Notes: generated from the letters alone by a model not told the origin. DNA of 64,000 nt from Bigelowiella natans CCMP2755 (GCA_000320545.1 ADNK01003312.1:6256-70255); one strand, 5' to 3'; positions 13,140-27,459 are shown, counted from the stretch's first letter. Numbers and translations are program-made.

Positions 13140-13920
13140 CAGGCTCCATTGGGATGAAAGAATGTCAGGTTGACGAGCGCAAGTCCAGATCGAAATTTTG
13201 TGTGCACTTGCGTGCTTGCGTGAACGTTTGGAAATCATCAGACTGAACAAGATGCAACGCCAGAACGAGTGCAGTGCAATTGGGACTCGTGCGCCCATGC
13301 CAGCATGCGCATGCATGGGCATCTAGCTAGCTAGACCACGCGCATGCCAGCATGCTAGCATGCCCCCTTGCCAGCTTGCTGGCTTGGCGCACAATGCAAA
13401 TTGCTCGCTAGCTCGCGGAGTGCAACTGCTACGCTGAGCCAATGGCGTTGTGCAAACGCAAAACTTCAAATCGTGTGCATGATTGCAAGACGATCAGTGC
13501 ACTTAGCAAGTGCTTGTGTTCCAAGCTAGCAAGATTCATGCATCGATTGCTGTCGTCGCGTCTCACTTGTCAATTTCGTCCGATCTAGTCGCACAAGCTT
13601 TGTGCAGCTGACACATGTGCATGAAGAAGCTAGCATTGATCACATTGGCTTGCCTGCCAATCGCACCGGCACGAATTGAGGTTGGATGATTGCGGGCGCC
13701 ACTGCACATGCGCAAGGCGAACGATGAAATGCTCACCAGTCTACACGCATCTAGTGCTACGAATGTGTTGAGTCTGCATCATGCTAGCATGTTTGCTCAC
13801 GACGAGGTGGTGTCGGAAGTCTGGAATCGTGTTGATATCTGGCTGACAAATTTAGGGGCTAGCAACATGGATCATGTCTCAAGTCGTAGTGCCACACTAC
13901 ACATCCAATAGAACATGTGA
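13140..13920. repeat. CTAG/CATG-rich intergenic island (decayed repeat or hypermutated domain)
   Basis: Dense CTAG, CATG and TGCA, no microsatellites or long homopolymers. Shares TCTAGCTAGCTAGACC (13322-13337) with 47911-47926. Confidence 0.55.
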
Positions 13921-14013
13921 AGTACGTACCTTCATCCCGTGATTAGATTCTATTCATCTAGTCATGGCAGAACCGATGACAAAATTTGGAAAGCGAATTT
14001 CGTTGTCACTGCA

Positions 14014-14362
14014 TCAGCTGTGTTTCGTGTCTGCAGCATTCCTCTTCACGTTCATTTCTCTGCGACCATCCTACATGAAATCAAAAGCATATCTGAGCAC
14101 CGTCTAGATTATATGCATATATAAATATAAATAAATAAATATATATTATATTTCCACCACCAACGCATGACGTTCTACTGGTGAAATTGTGTAGCGCGTG
14201 TTTGTATATGTTTGACCACACCGTATTATCCACTCCTCCTGAGTTATTTTCTTTCGCATCAGCATGATTGTCATCGTCATCCGCATCTAATGCTTGCACC
14301 AAGCGGACAGTTCCATCTGTTGGGAAAAGAGATATCGTTTGTATTTCTATAGCAGATCGTTT

Positions 14363-14400
<38 letters not shown>

Positions 14401-14895
14401 GCACACGCACACATTTCAAGGCTTCTCCTGGCACGATTTATGTGTTGTAGTATTTCATATTTTCATGCAATCTGATTCCAGCTATTTGCGTTTGCTGGCA
14501 AGATATTAACGCAGAGACTTAGCATTTTAAAGAAACATCGACGGCTTTTTTCTTACATCAGAAAAAAGTCGTCATCATTGACAAGCAAAGACCATCATCG
14601 GTGTTGCAGGAATCTTGTGATTTCGTTGTTTCAAAACAAAACAAAAAGTCGCTTAACCCTTTTCTCTTTTCTCGAGAGAAACTTCAAGGTAATCCTCATC
14701 CTACCGTCAAGATCACTCAATCTCACATAAAAAATAACAACATGAACATTGCTCTCGATTTTATCCATTGATTCATATCATTAAAAATGCTGCAAACAAA
14801 TATCTTAAAACCATCATCACCAACGATTATGATCTCTTCGCACTCACCTCGTTTTCTAACGGATTATCGCTCAGTGGCAAGCTGGATCCCCTACA

Positions 14896-14931
<36 letters not shown>

Positions 14932-16434
14932 TTTATCAGCAAGTGACACCGAGCCAGGCTTTACACAACGATGAAGCCGACATTTGAATGGCGAGTGGAC
15001 TTACCAGGTGTACTCTCGTACGGCTTCTAGCTTGTGCCCCTTGTTGCTGACGCAGTTGGCATGTGCTGCCGCGATGATCTTTGCAAAAGAGAAAACCGGG
15101 GAAAAAACAGTTAAAGAAAACGCTCTCTTTCAAGTAAGAACGTTCATCAGAATATGTTATCGATGCTCCGCTATCTTCAGTAAACAAGTGGTGGTAGTGG
15201 CTGAGAACAGTGAATCGTCTCTAAATCATACCTTTCCTTCCCGGTGGATCACCATCAGAAACGGCTTGTTGGCAATGAAATGGCGCCTCATTGTCTGCAC
15301 AAGCCCGGAGATAGATTGGAACGAGAAGGGGGGGTGGAAAGGTAAGGTTTATTGTACTATTGACCACCCTCTCTCAATATAACTGCGAATAAGATAATGC
15401 TGATGTGAAGGAAAATGCCTTAGCTGTTCTTACTTACCACGGTCTTTTGCTCTGTAGTCATCCCAGACCCGTGAGCATCAGCTATATCCATTGCGAGTTG
15501 AGCACGCTGAACGACCACAGCACAAGGTAGGATGGACGGGGGAAAGCATAATTATGTAGGCGAAGAACAGAATACGAACGACTCGCGTCTCGCGGTGCAT
15601 AGCCGCGCTAGAAAAGTGAATATGAAAGGAGTGGCAGTGCTGTTACTACTTCGCCTTTGGGGGCCAGCGTAATAATAGTTTTCTGAGTAATTCCAGACAG
15701 TCTATGGCACAAAAGAAATACAAACTGATGAATAATCCATCTCAACGAGAGAGAGAGAGAGAGAGGGGGGGGGGGGAAGAGGAGTCTTCTTGTGGATGCG
15801 AATCTGTTTTGCACATATAAAATACACTATTTGATTCAAACGAAATGGTAGTCAACTTTGCAGGCATTTCCTTCTCGCTCTTGAAGGCTGGCCCCCAGTC
15901 TCTATCAAACACCATGATATATCATCAACAACAGCAGCAGCAGCAACAACAACGACAGTAACGAGCGTTCTGGCTGGTCTCACCACCACATCTAACACAC
16001 ACGCTCTATGTACGACCTAGTCTCCTCCAAGATTCTCTTGCAGCCCCAGGCCGCCATTTTCGGTGCCATGTTGACTAAGAATGACGTTCACGGTGTTATC
16101 GAGCTTCCGCAGTAGTTCAGGGGAGAGAATGCGCGCAATTTTGGCAAACGAAGAAATATGCTAAGACAACGCCTAGACAGCATTGCCCCATCCCCTCGTT
16201 TTTGATGACAGAAAGAAAGGACAAAGTATGGAAGGCTGCAAGCTGGAAATGATGGATTCTACAATCTTCTCCGCTTATTTGATCGCCGAGGGTCGTGCTC
16301 GAAGAGAGGAAGTTAACACGGTAGTAACCGGATACAACGAAAAATCATGGGGCAGAGGAGATGGTACAATAAACAAATCTTCAACGCATCTACCACTCCC
16401 CTACCATTCCCTTCTTTCAATGTTTTCGTTCGTT

Positions 16435-16468
<34 letters not shown>

Positions 16469-16958
16469 GCCGTGCTGCTTGTTTGTCATCTCGTCGCACA
16501 CACCCGTATGTTCAATTTCCCCCATAGGCAAGCTCATGTGCGTAATACACCTGAAAGCAGAATATTTATTGAGGGGAAGAGAGGGGGGGAGGGGGGAGAG
16601 ATAAACGTGATGCCGTGTCGCCGTTTCGCCACCCAAAACTTCTTCCCGCAGCTACTCTCAGGTTTGATATGATTTTGCTCACAAATAGTGCAAGCTACAC
16701 GTCACCTTCGCCCGATTCTCTTCTCATCGTACATCGTGCTGACCAGAGACTTTAGGGTATTGTACTCGGTGCTGACTCGTCCTCTGCGGTCTCTCTGCGT
16801 AATTGGACAACAATCATCAAAATGCAAGCAAGCACGAGGGCACACAATCTGAGAGACAACCCAACGATACAAAAGCGATATTCACCAGAACAGGAGGTAA
16901 ATAGTAGGAAATTAATTGATTGGAAAACATGTAAATTAAGATCGCTTTTTCAAGCGAA

Positions 16959-17039
<81 letters not shown>

Positions 17040-17714
17040 TATTTAACCTTTGGGCGTTTGAGGAGCTTTTCTAAGCTGGGGGGCTCAAAGTTGTCGTTGT
17101 CCCTGTTACAAAGAGGAAGGAGGGCATCTTCAAACACGCGCTCTCTCCCAATACCCCCCAACGAATAAAATACTATGCACACTTGACTCTGATCAAGCTG
17201 ATTCTTTCTCGATTGCGCCTTTTCATGCTATTTCATCACCGTCGTCGTCATCACTATCATCATCATCATCATCATTATCATTATCACTATCACGCTGGGT
17301 GACAACAACAACAACAACAGCAGCAGCAGCACATTGATTCTGTCTTAGGTTCATCTCTAAATGGAGATAACCGTGCAATTGCTATGAGAACGCCCTCTTT
17401 TTGATTCTTGAGCTTCAAATGCGTCACATAGGCATCCTTGGTAACCTAACGAAGGTGGGGCGCGTGGGTGGGGGGGGGGGGGGGATGGATCTCAGTTTGA
17501 TGATATATTCTCGATACACAGCACACTGCTGTAGCTCAATCGTCGTCGTTGTTGCTGTTTTCTTCATTCTTCCAACGATTTTCAGGGGTATATTCAGCAG
17601 TTTGGATCAAGCACTCCTCTGCGCCACTACTACTTCTGCTTATTCAATTGAATTGAATTGAATTGAACATGGCATTGATGCAGAATCTACATGCTTCTTC
17701 TTCTTCTTCTTCTT

Positions 17715-17748
<34 letters not shown>

Positions 17749-17830
17749 CAGATAAGGGCATTTGACCCACCGAAGATGCATAAATCTATGTCGCAACACG
17801 AAAAAGGAAAATTGTGATGATGGAATAAAA

Positions 17831-17866
<36 letters not shown>

Positions 17867-18147
17867 CACACCCATACACATTAAGAAAAAGACATTTGCG
17901 ATTAAAAAAAAAAAAGAAAGTGCATTCGTATATTCGTTGCATCATTGGTTGTTCATGAAAACTAGACGACTCTCGTCGGTGCATCAAACAAGCCACGCAT
18001 CGCATCGTCTGAGGGGGGGGCGGGAAAAGGAGGTGATGAGTGTGGGTTGGCGCCTTACTGCGTCCGAACTTTGTGCGTTCTCGAAACGCGGAAGAATTGG
18101 AGATCAGGCCTAAGTCAAACCCCAAAGTTCATGAACACATGGTTTTT

Positions 18148-18197
<50 letters not shown>

Positions 18198-18439
18198 TCC
18201 ACATGAGAACCAATCGATCTTATTCTGCGACAGCAGAGGTGGTACATTTGCGTGTTTGCTGTGTGAAAAGCGCGAAAGGGTTCGCTACCTAAATTGGCAA
18301 TCGTCGCACCATTCAGGGTCAAGCCTAGCAACAGCATTTTGCATGCGACAACCAATGAGATGATTATGATGCGTATCTGAGTAGAGATTGTTAGCTCTGA
18401 CACCCATACACCAAGTATCTATCACGGCTATGCCCAGGG

Positions 18440-18478
<39 letters not shown>

Positions 18479-18712
18479 TATACGTTATACAAATCTCCCA
18501 TTCTGGCAAAAATAAGGCCCTACACGGTTTTAGTACCCAAGCTCAAACTTCACGTGCCAAGTAGGTGAACAGTGGATAACGGATGTCGTGACTGCTGAAA
18601 CGCCTACGAATTGTCCAAAATGAAACGATTTATTTGATAAGAATATGGGAATCAAAAGAAGATAAATTTAAGGAAAAAGCAGGATAATCCTCACAATATT
18701 CTGCTATGGTTA

Positions 18713-18747
<35 letters not shown>

Positions 18748-19235
18748 GAGTGCTTGCTATGTTATCAGATCAGTCACCTCTGAGCTTCGTTCCGTAGATC
18801 TTTTCAACCTCTTCATGCGTCTTTTTCTGTTTAAGAGGCAACGCTTGAGTAAAGCAACCAGCAATTCAATTGTACACACGCACGTATGTTTGTACTCTCA
18901 TAAAACGCATTTACTTAGTTGGAGACTGGCATCCAATCTCACCAAAATCAATGCCGGGGTGACCCCACGCGCGTTGTTGTTTTTACGGTCATTTGTTGTT
19001 ACCTTTACCCACCAATCGATCGGCTCGGAATTCTTAGCATTTGGCTGTTAGCATGAGCAAGCAAAGGACAATTAGTTGTCATTTACTTGTGTTTTTCAGC
19101 CTCTCGTCTGATGCCTCATAAATTTCGGATTTGATGTGGTGTTGTTCTGCTACGAGAGAATTAAAGCTGTACCCTTCCAAGTTGCTCGATGAACTCTTCC
19201 TTTGACAAATAGCCAGAGCTAATATTGACCCCGCC

Positions 19236-19275
<40 letters not shown>

Positions 19276-19919
19276 CGCACAAGCGAGCGCACACATGCAT
19301 ATTTTCAGATATCCATACTCTCTCTTTGCGTATCGTGTTATAAATCATGATTTCCTTACTACAACTACTAAGACTACTACCACCACCACCACCACCACCA
19401 CCACCACTCACTACTGATGATACAGCAATAACTACTATTACTACCCCAATGTAACTACTACTAGTACGACTACTATAATAGTACTAAGACTACTATATAA
19501 TTACTTGTCATCATCAAGGGCGGTGAATACAAGTTCAAGCATTTCCTCTCGAGACTCGCAATCCTGCATCGCCACCTGTATGATAACCATCGCCATAGTA
19601 GCGCCACACACCACACACCACACAGTGCAGGAAGAGATAATCAGCACCCATTGGCTGCGGCACTCACACGGAAGGGGGGGGTGGTAAGCTTTCTAATCAG
19701 CAGCCCTCTGTTTGTCTAGTGGTAACATCGTCCTTGTCCCCCACCAGCCACCCCCCCCTCTCTCTCTTCCTCTTTTCAGTCGCTGAGTACATATTTGTCA
19801 TCATCCCCTGTACCGCACGTGTGACATATGTGGTACCGGGCTAGATGCATGGGCAAGCGATCGCGCGGCGAACTGACCGTCAATTAAGGGGGGGGGGGGG
19901 GGGGGAGAGATGGTCGTCA

Positions 19920-19960
<41 letters not shown>

Positions 19961-20266
19961 AACACACACACACATACAAGCATATTATATATATTGATAT
20001 GCGAATGGTCTAATCTGGCTGCTCCGTGGTTTTGATTGAGTGTAACAACAAATCAAACAGATTATCTGCTAGTAAATCCTCATCAAGCATGCAGAGGTAG
20101 GCTCTCACTACTACTACAACTGCTACAACTAATATTATTATTACTATTGCTACTACTACCAGGAGATCAGTGGCCAGGAGAGTAAAGTCCTCTCCACTGC
20201 AGTAATTCTTATCACCAACTGAAAATCACAACATTTAGAGGGAGGCGCGTCTCAAAATGGAACATA

Positions 20267-20330
<64 letters not shown>

Positions 20331-21752
20331 TCATATGTGTGTTTATGTGCGTGTGTGTGTGTGTGTGTGTTTGTGTGAATAGGCTTGGTATGGGTTGATG
20401 AAGGATGAAGGAGAAACTAAGAGTGGTAAGATTCTCCTCTCCCTCCTCCCTCCTTTCCCCCCCTTCTTCTTCCTGCTTCCCCCCCCCTCCTCCTCTTCCT
20501 TTTCTCACTCTCTGACATACCTTTTGCACGGCAGTTGATGGTGATGAAATCAATGAAATCTTCCTTGTTGATGAATTTGATATCCTCCCTCTGACAAATT
20601 CAGGATTATTGAACAAGGCAGCTGTCACCACACAGCAAGGGCAACATTCATCCTCATCATCATCCTGCAAACCATCATCATCAGTATCCTCTCGAATCCC
20701 CATTGCTGCCAGCCACCAATTGCTACTCTAACACGTCTTAAAGCAGCAGCAGCATGCGCCGGCACCTTCATCTCCTTGAGAATCAATTTGTAAGGAACGA
20801 GGTTGAATTGTTTCTGGAAAAGTCACGAGAGGAGAATGCATGAGTCACTAGAAGGAAGGGCCGAAGAGGCAACCAATCGGCAATGAAGGAAAAACGACCA
20901 TCACCATCGTCGTCATCACCATCACCGCCACCACCACCACCAACAACAACAACAATAAGAAGAGAAGAAGCGCTAAAAGCCTTCATAGCAATGGTAATAG
21001 CGAAGCGTAATGAGAAGGGAATAGTGAAAAGATGCTGCTGCAACCAAGTTTCACTCATTTTCATCGATGAGGGGAACACACGTCTGTAAATTGCGAGGAA
21101 TATAACGCACGCTAGAGCTACTTGGCATCATTGCCATTATTATACGACTAATGCCCTTCTTCGCACCGCAGCAAACCATTATTTTCATCATCACTGTCCA
21201 ATATATCGATGAATACCTACCAGCGTCTCTGCTTTCCTTTCAAGGAAGTAGATGTTTAGCTTATCCGCTAATCTGTGGAGGAGGAGAGGGGGGGGGGGGG
21301 GAGGGGGGGGGGGGCTGTGAATGATGACGACGATGGTGATGATGATGATGCTGATGACGATGATGATGGTAATGATCATAGCACGTCGTTGAAAAATCAT
21401 CCTTTGCGGGGTTGGAACTGAGGTATTGCCAATTCTCGACGCTACCACTACTACTACTACCACTACTACTACTACTTCTCCTTCATTATCTTCTCCTTCT
21501 TGTACCACTACTGGTACTGCTGCTACTACCCCTGTCATTCCTATTACGGCTGTTACTACTATCTATGCTGCAGACCCCAATTTTGCTACTACAAAACTTC
21601 CTTTTTTCGTTTTTATCAAGGGCACATTCAGTGTCAGTTCATCTTACTTTATCAAGCTCGTCAAATAGGGCAGTAAGTCGCGTGGAACCACCCTGATTAT
21701 GAGCGTTGGTTGTGTGTGTATGTCAGCCCCCCCCACGGCCAGGAAGGGGGAG

Positions 21753-21787
<35 letters not shown>

Positions 21788-22003
21788 GAGGAGGAGGCGT
21801 CAATTAAATCACTTCGCCACAAAATTTCCAACAGAATTACAGAAGCTTGAAGCTACTTACACAGATGATTCTCTCTCTCTCCCCCCCCCTCTCTCTCTGC
21901 GAGTGTATGTGTGGATTACATTTGCCACTCTTCCCTCAAAGTAGGAGCCCTGATACAGACGTATTCGTGTGAGCAAGCGTTTTTTGGTAATTTCGTGTGT
22001 ATG

Positions 22004-22039
<36 letters not shown>

Positions 22040-22596
22040 TGTGTGTGTGTCGTTAGAGTGAGAGTTAAAGTGTTTGTATCGCCGCCTCCACGAATTTTCT
22101 ATTCCCTCCATCCTCCCCCCCCCCCCCCCCCGTTGGGTATTTGTAGTGCGTGCTTGCGTCTTATTGACCGTTGTTCGATTCCCAGCATCACCTCCAATAA
22201 CTTTGTAGAGCTGAATGAAGAAGATAGTACTCATTGCACGCACGAGAAGGAGCAGCAGCAGCAGGACAGCCACCACCACCACCACCACCACTACTACTAC
22301 TTGTCTGATACTAGTAGTACTTTTATATTGAAATCTTCCTTCGTATCACCAGGGATCCATATTGAATGGCAAAACCTATTTTTTGTGCATGTAGTAGTTT
22401 CGCATCAATGCCTTGTTCTTTGTTCATTGTTCATTGCGCAACGACAACGAAGACAAGGAGGGACTACTATTATAAATGTATTATTACGCTGATGATTTCT
22501 CAGCATGTATCTCGTGCCAATCAGCGTCCTTGTGGGTATTATCTGGCCAACAACAAACATCAAATTCCAAGCCAATGCCGGCTGATTGTACTTGAG

Positions 22597-22632
<36 letters not shown>

Positions 22633-23124
22633 TGTCTGCCGTTCGTTTGAAAACTGACTTTCCATATCATCACGTTTTTTCTGTTCTTTGTGCAGCTTTG
22701 GGATGATTTTCTCAAAGTCGCCAAAGGCCTGGAGAAGAAGAAGAAGAAGAAGAAGAAGAAGAAGAAGAAGAAGAAGGAGGAAATCGCCAATATCATCAAC
22801 CGCTATTATTATCATTCCTCAGAATAGCGATGAACGCTTCCCACCTCGCGCATGGCTAAGCTTTAAAAGCTGTGGAAACAGCTTTAGGGAAAAACTATTC
22901 GAACACTACTCAGCTTCTTCCGTGCAGGCATGCAATCAAAGACCTCCAGTTTACACACGACGCATCATGCATGGGGGTTCCTTCTAAATTAGACAATCAT
23001 TACCCGAACAAGCTCTCGCTTGGTGCTGCCGTAGGTTGCCGATTGAAGCTAGTAATCATAATAAGGTGGTAGTGCAAGCATATGTTTCGTTATGGAGAGT
23101 ATTCGCGCGGGCACACATAGTTGC

Positions 23125-23176
<52 letters not shown>

Positions 23177-23432
23177 AATATGTATTATAATTATAACGAA
23201 CTTACCATGAGGAGGACAATTGTGACAGCGATCGGTGAAACTACAACATTCTGAAAGCAAGTAGCAAGGTATAAATGTATGATATTATAGTATGTTACAT
23301 TATCTAAGCTACATCAACAGCATTTATAATTCATTATACTGGAGGAGAATATGTGCTTTTGGAGGGAAACAACAAGAAGCGTGCACGTGCTCAATATTTG
23401 TAGAGTAGAGATCCACGTTTTAATATTAATAC

Positions 23433-23502
<70 letters not shown>

Positions 23503-23696
23503 GCGCTCTCTAGTCCTCGTCATCATCAATAAACATGTTTTTCCAGATAATAACTCTTCAACGTCTATATTCTTTTAACTCGTAGCAAAAATTCAAGCCT
23601 ACTCAAAAGAACCTGCAACGGCCCATCGTTCCGCTTGAGCTCTTCCAGCTGCAATGTAACAATAGCCCATCATCGCCATCAACATACCGTCATCAC

Positions 23697-23729
<33 letters not shown>

Positions 23730-23791
23730 TTCGAAAAATCTATACGAATAGAGGCTTTTATGTGATTTACACATTGAATCTCATCACTGTG

Positions 23792-23834
<43 letters not shown>

Positions 23835-24135
23835 CATATACATATACATATACACACAATATGCATTGTTAGTTGCAATACTACCGCGAAATTTAGAGCG
23901 TCAAAACCCAGAAGATTCAACTGCTCCTCTCTCAAAACTCTGAGCAGCATGTACGCCTACAGCATTCCAACAGAGTTATTAAACTTCACGCAGAATCTTG
24001 AACTCAGTGAGATTTAGATCACATAATTACGATCCTTACTCTCTCTGTGGCGTCCACGTCTTCCGCATTTAAACCCATTTTGGCTTTCATTTCCTGTACA
24101 CACACACGCGCGCGCGCGCGTATACAGACATGAAG

Positions 24136-24186
<51 letters not shown>

Positions 24187-24728
24187 GTTGAAAATATGTG
24201 TGTGTGTAGTGTATGTATGTGTGTATGTGTGAGTATGTGTATGTGTGGGGGTGTGCGTGTGTGGAGACTACTGTAGATTCTGAGTCATCAAAAAATCAAC
24301 GCTCACATATCCTTGCAGAGCCAGGCTATTTTTCATGCGAATAAATTCGACAAAGCAGTTATTTCCTTCTTACCTCTTCTGTGGGAGGGCCATCGACCCT
24401 CTGCTGAAAGCTGCAATTTCCCATTTTATCTCTCGAAAAATCCTGATGCAACATAGCATGAGGGTTAATGTAGCTTAAGCTTAAGGAGTAGCTGTTAATG
24501 TCCTTGTCTGGATAAACATAGCGATTTTCCAATGTCGTATCGATCAGATTCGCTCGATCAGCAACAATACGTGCGTTCTACTCCCTAATATTACTGCTGT
24601 GCGTAAAGGCAGCTTCCGCTATGACTAGGAAAGTCACCAGATCAAGGAGGGGAGGCGAAGGGTCGTTCCGTGCAAGCTACTTGCTCCTGATTCGTAACTG
24701 GCTCAAGTAGCTCAGCTTTAATGGACAT
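14014..24728 (-). CDS. Divergent intracellular serpin with an internal EF-hand module (~41 exons)
   Basis: Phase-consistent chain with serpin motifs in correct order: LNLLGFDAL (hA); NVVVSPIAVTIVLLM|LQSATYGSTKREL (23206-23250, 23004-23048); FCHSIWI (s2A); PIDWWVK|KKT (hF, 19003-19044); VTTSVIHCSPTWHVKLDPE (s3A); FRVSRTHKVRTQFM; SLPMGEIEHTVNMAPKMAAWG; LSGITQKTIITLAPKGE (s5A/hinge, 15650-15701); HFIANKPFLMVIH (serpin signature, 15232-15294). Canonical EF-hand FTALDDDN|SGYLSKEEF at 19505-19575/19173-19218. Start and terminal exons are less certain. Confidence 0.85.
19173..21692 (-). other. EF-hand (calmodulin-like) domain inserted within the serpin coding sequence
   Basis: Eight exons translate to GGSTRLTALFDELDK|DDFSTT|LADKLNIYFLERKAETL|KQFNLVPYKLILKEMK|REDIKFINKEDFIDFITINCRAK|VGDKNYCSGEDFTLLATDLL|VAMQDCESREEMLELVFTALDDDN|SGYLSKEEFIEQLGR. 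One canonical loop (DDDNSGYLSKEE) and up to three degenerate ones. Confidence 0.75.
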
Positions 24729-25179
24729 ATGTCATGATGGTAATGCCGTGGATTCTTTGCTATATATCAGTGAAATTTACTTTTTTTTTTAAAATATAAT
24801 AAGATTTTTGAACTTCTTGGAAAAATGAAACCACTCCTAGTATCTGAAAATTTTCGTCGCCTTCTGGAGCGAATCTCTTTAAGACGATCGGGGGGATTCG
24901 AAAGATGAAGAAGATACGAAATAGCCTATAAATGAAACAACAAATAGATTTTTTGCTGAAAGCAATCACATAATCGGAAGGATATGGACTCAGTATTGAA
25001 AATAATTGGTTCTTGTATGTCAATGAAGCGATCAGTCCCTGCGGATTGAAATTAGTAGGTATTTTTTTGACAGCGACAATGTTTTGCGCTGGTTTATGAT
25101 TATAGCTTTAAAATATAGGCGGATTTCTTTCTGCGTCATGCCGATTTGAAGGTTGTTACTGCAACACCGCTGGGCACAT
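24729..25179. promoter_or_regulatory. Putative bidirectional promoter (serpin / methyltransferase)
   Basis: ~450 bp AT-tract-rich head-to-head spacer; inferred from gene geometry only. Confidence 0.45.
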
Positions 25180-25925
25180 ATGTTCTGCTATGAGTGCTCG
25201 CAGCCTTCCCTCCCCCTCGCTAAATTGTCTTCCTCAGATCTAATGTGTTCTATCGTAGGCATACAAATAAGCGTGAACTGAGGCTTCGAGAACTTAATTG
25301 CGGTGGTGTATGCATTCGATGCTACACTGACGGGGTATGTGGCAAAAATGTTTGCTGCTCACCTGGCGTGCTGTTGAAGCTCAAACATCTCGATTGTATT
25401 CTGGTTTTGGATAGGAGCAAGAAAAGTACTTTCCTATCCCCTTTCGCAGCAAGGCATCGCAATCGTCAACCCCATCGTCTGCGGGATCTGTAGAAGCAGT
25501 ATTAACAAAAAGAAGGCGTTGTGATGACGACGAGGGCAACGACGACGAGGACACCAGCATCAAGGAAGGGAGAAGGGAGGAAAAGGGGGTTGAAGATTGC
25601 GATAAAAATGAAAATGGCAATGATAAGAATGATAAACAGGAAATGCTCCCGGTAAGCCATTCGTGAATCAATTATCATGTGTTCACGTCGTTGTGTCCAA
25701 ATACAAGCTTGCATGTGTCTGCCTTCTAGTTTGAAGATTTTAACTAAATCCTCCTCTGTCGTATTTCTTGATGCTGCCTCTCTCCTCGCCATGAAGGTCG
25801 ATCGTATTCTACAGAACAGAGCAATTACGCTGTATTTAGAGAAATATCCTGAGGAGAGTAGCGATGAGATAGTGCGTGCGCTGTGGCTATGGCTTCCATC
25901 TAAGGTATGCATTTGCACATGTATT

Positions 25926-25981
<56 letters not shown>

Positions 25982-26028
25982 GTGGCAGAGACAGAGATAG
26001 AGACACACAGAGAGAAAAGAATACTCAT

Positions 26029-26068
<40 letters not shown>

Positions 26069-27335
26069 AGTGTATCTGTTTATGCACGCGCATGTTTAAG
26101 ATTGTGAGTGTTTGCTCAGATTCTGACCGATGAGGTTATGAGGCTACTAAAGGATAATGAAGCGTACAATAAGCCAACAGCCAATATCCTTGAGCTGGGA
26201 GCAGGCGCAGGGGTTGTAGTAAACATAGAAACCGAACAGCGAGAACAGCAAAAATCGATTATACCAATACACAGCGTATAAATAGTGATGATGGTGTGAA
26301 TGAGGGTAGTCGTAGTCAGGTTTTCCTAGCATTAAAAGCTACACGATCGCCTCCATAGCCGTGTTGCTATCGTTTATAGGTTGTCGGTATATTCATCTCG
26401 AAAGTGTTCAAAGGAGCATGCGTCTACATAACGGATAGAAGCAAAGCGGCCTTGCAGGTAGTACAGATGGAGGGGGGGGGGAGAGAGAGAGAGAGCATGA
26501 GAGTGATAGTTGCAGGATATAGTTATGGTACTTGGAATCATACATTGATCTCCCCCATTCTAAGGTCGCTACATTAAATGCTGCTCTCAATTGTGACGGT
26601 GTCGGATTAAGGAGGCAAAATGCTAGTAGATCCCAACGGCATACCCCCCCCCCCCCTCCCTCCTCCTCCTCTGGGGACAACGAAGATCCAACCAATTGCA
26701 GGGGACAGAACACGGCAACCGTTGTAATGCAATCCCTTGTGTGGGGGGAGGAGAAGACTCAGCTCACGCACGTTGCTCGATATGATGATAATGATAATGA
26801 TGATGAGGAGGAGGAGGATGATGATGATGATAATAACACTTATGCTGGACGGCAAAGCTATCCAGATATCAAAGGTTTGTTCAGGCTCATAGGAAGTAAA
26901 GGAATCCCCCGTAGAAGTAGAGCGGCATGAGCATGCATTTTCTCTGTGCTCTGTCTCCGGAGATGATGGATACCTTGGGAGAGTGGAAAAGCCTATTTGG
27001 GACCCACACGTAAACGTTATGCTTTTCGCGCGTGTGTGTGTGTGTGTGTGTGTGTGCGTGCGTGTGCTTTTAGGGAGCAGTGCACAGCCCTCCGCTACCC
27101 CCCCTGCCCCCTGTGCCGGGTTCAAACTGATAATGGCGTCTGATGTGTGCTATGACGACGACTGCGTCGTTCCCTTGTGGAATACGATAAACAGGTGAAT
27201 GCCATGTAGAGCATGTGCCAAAAAATCAACTAGCAAATTTGTGAGGGCTGCTGATTTGTCAATGACTGTGTATGTGCGTGTGTGCGGCTAGGTATTTATC
27301 TCAAGAGAAGGAATCGCTGTTCATAATGTTGTAAA

Positions 27336-27380
<45 letters not shown>

Positions 27381-27421
27381 TTATATATTATATAAATACA
27401 AAAACGATTTCGTATATTGTA

Positions 27422-27459
<38 letters not shown>

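Noticed and set aside
19151-19172. Possible ultrasmall nucleomorph-type intron
   Set aside because: Using it leads to a stop and loses serpin helix F; the acceptor at 19045 fits better. The DNA is clearly nuclear in style.
20520-20703. ORF-track frame MGIREDT...ALFNNPEF...IS, which resembles serpin helix I/s5A
   Set aside because: Wrong position in the motif order and phase-inconsistent. The in-phase exon is REDIKFINKEDF..., and the true helix I region lies near 16.0 kb.
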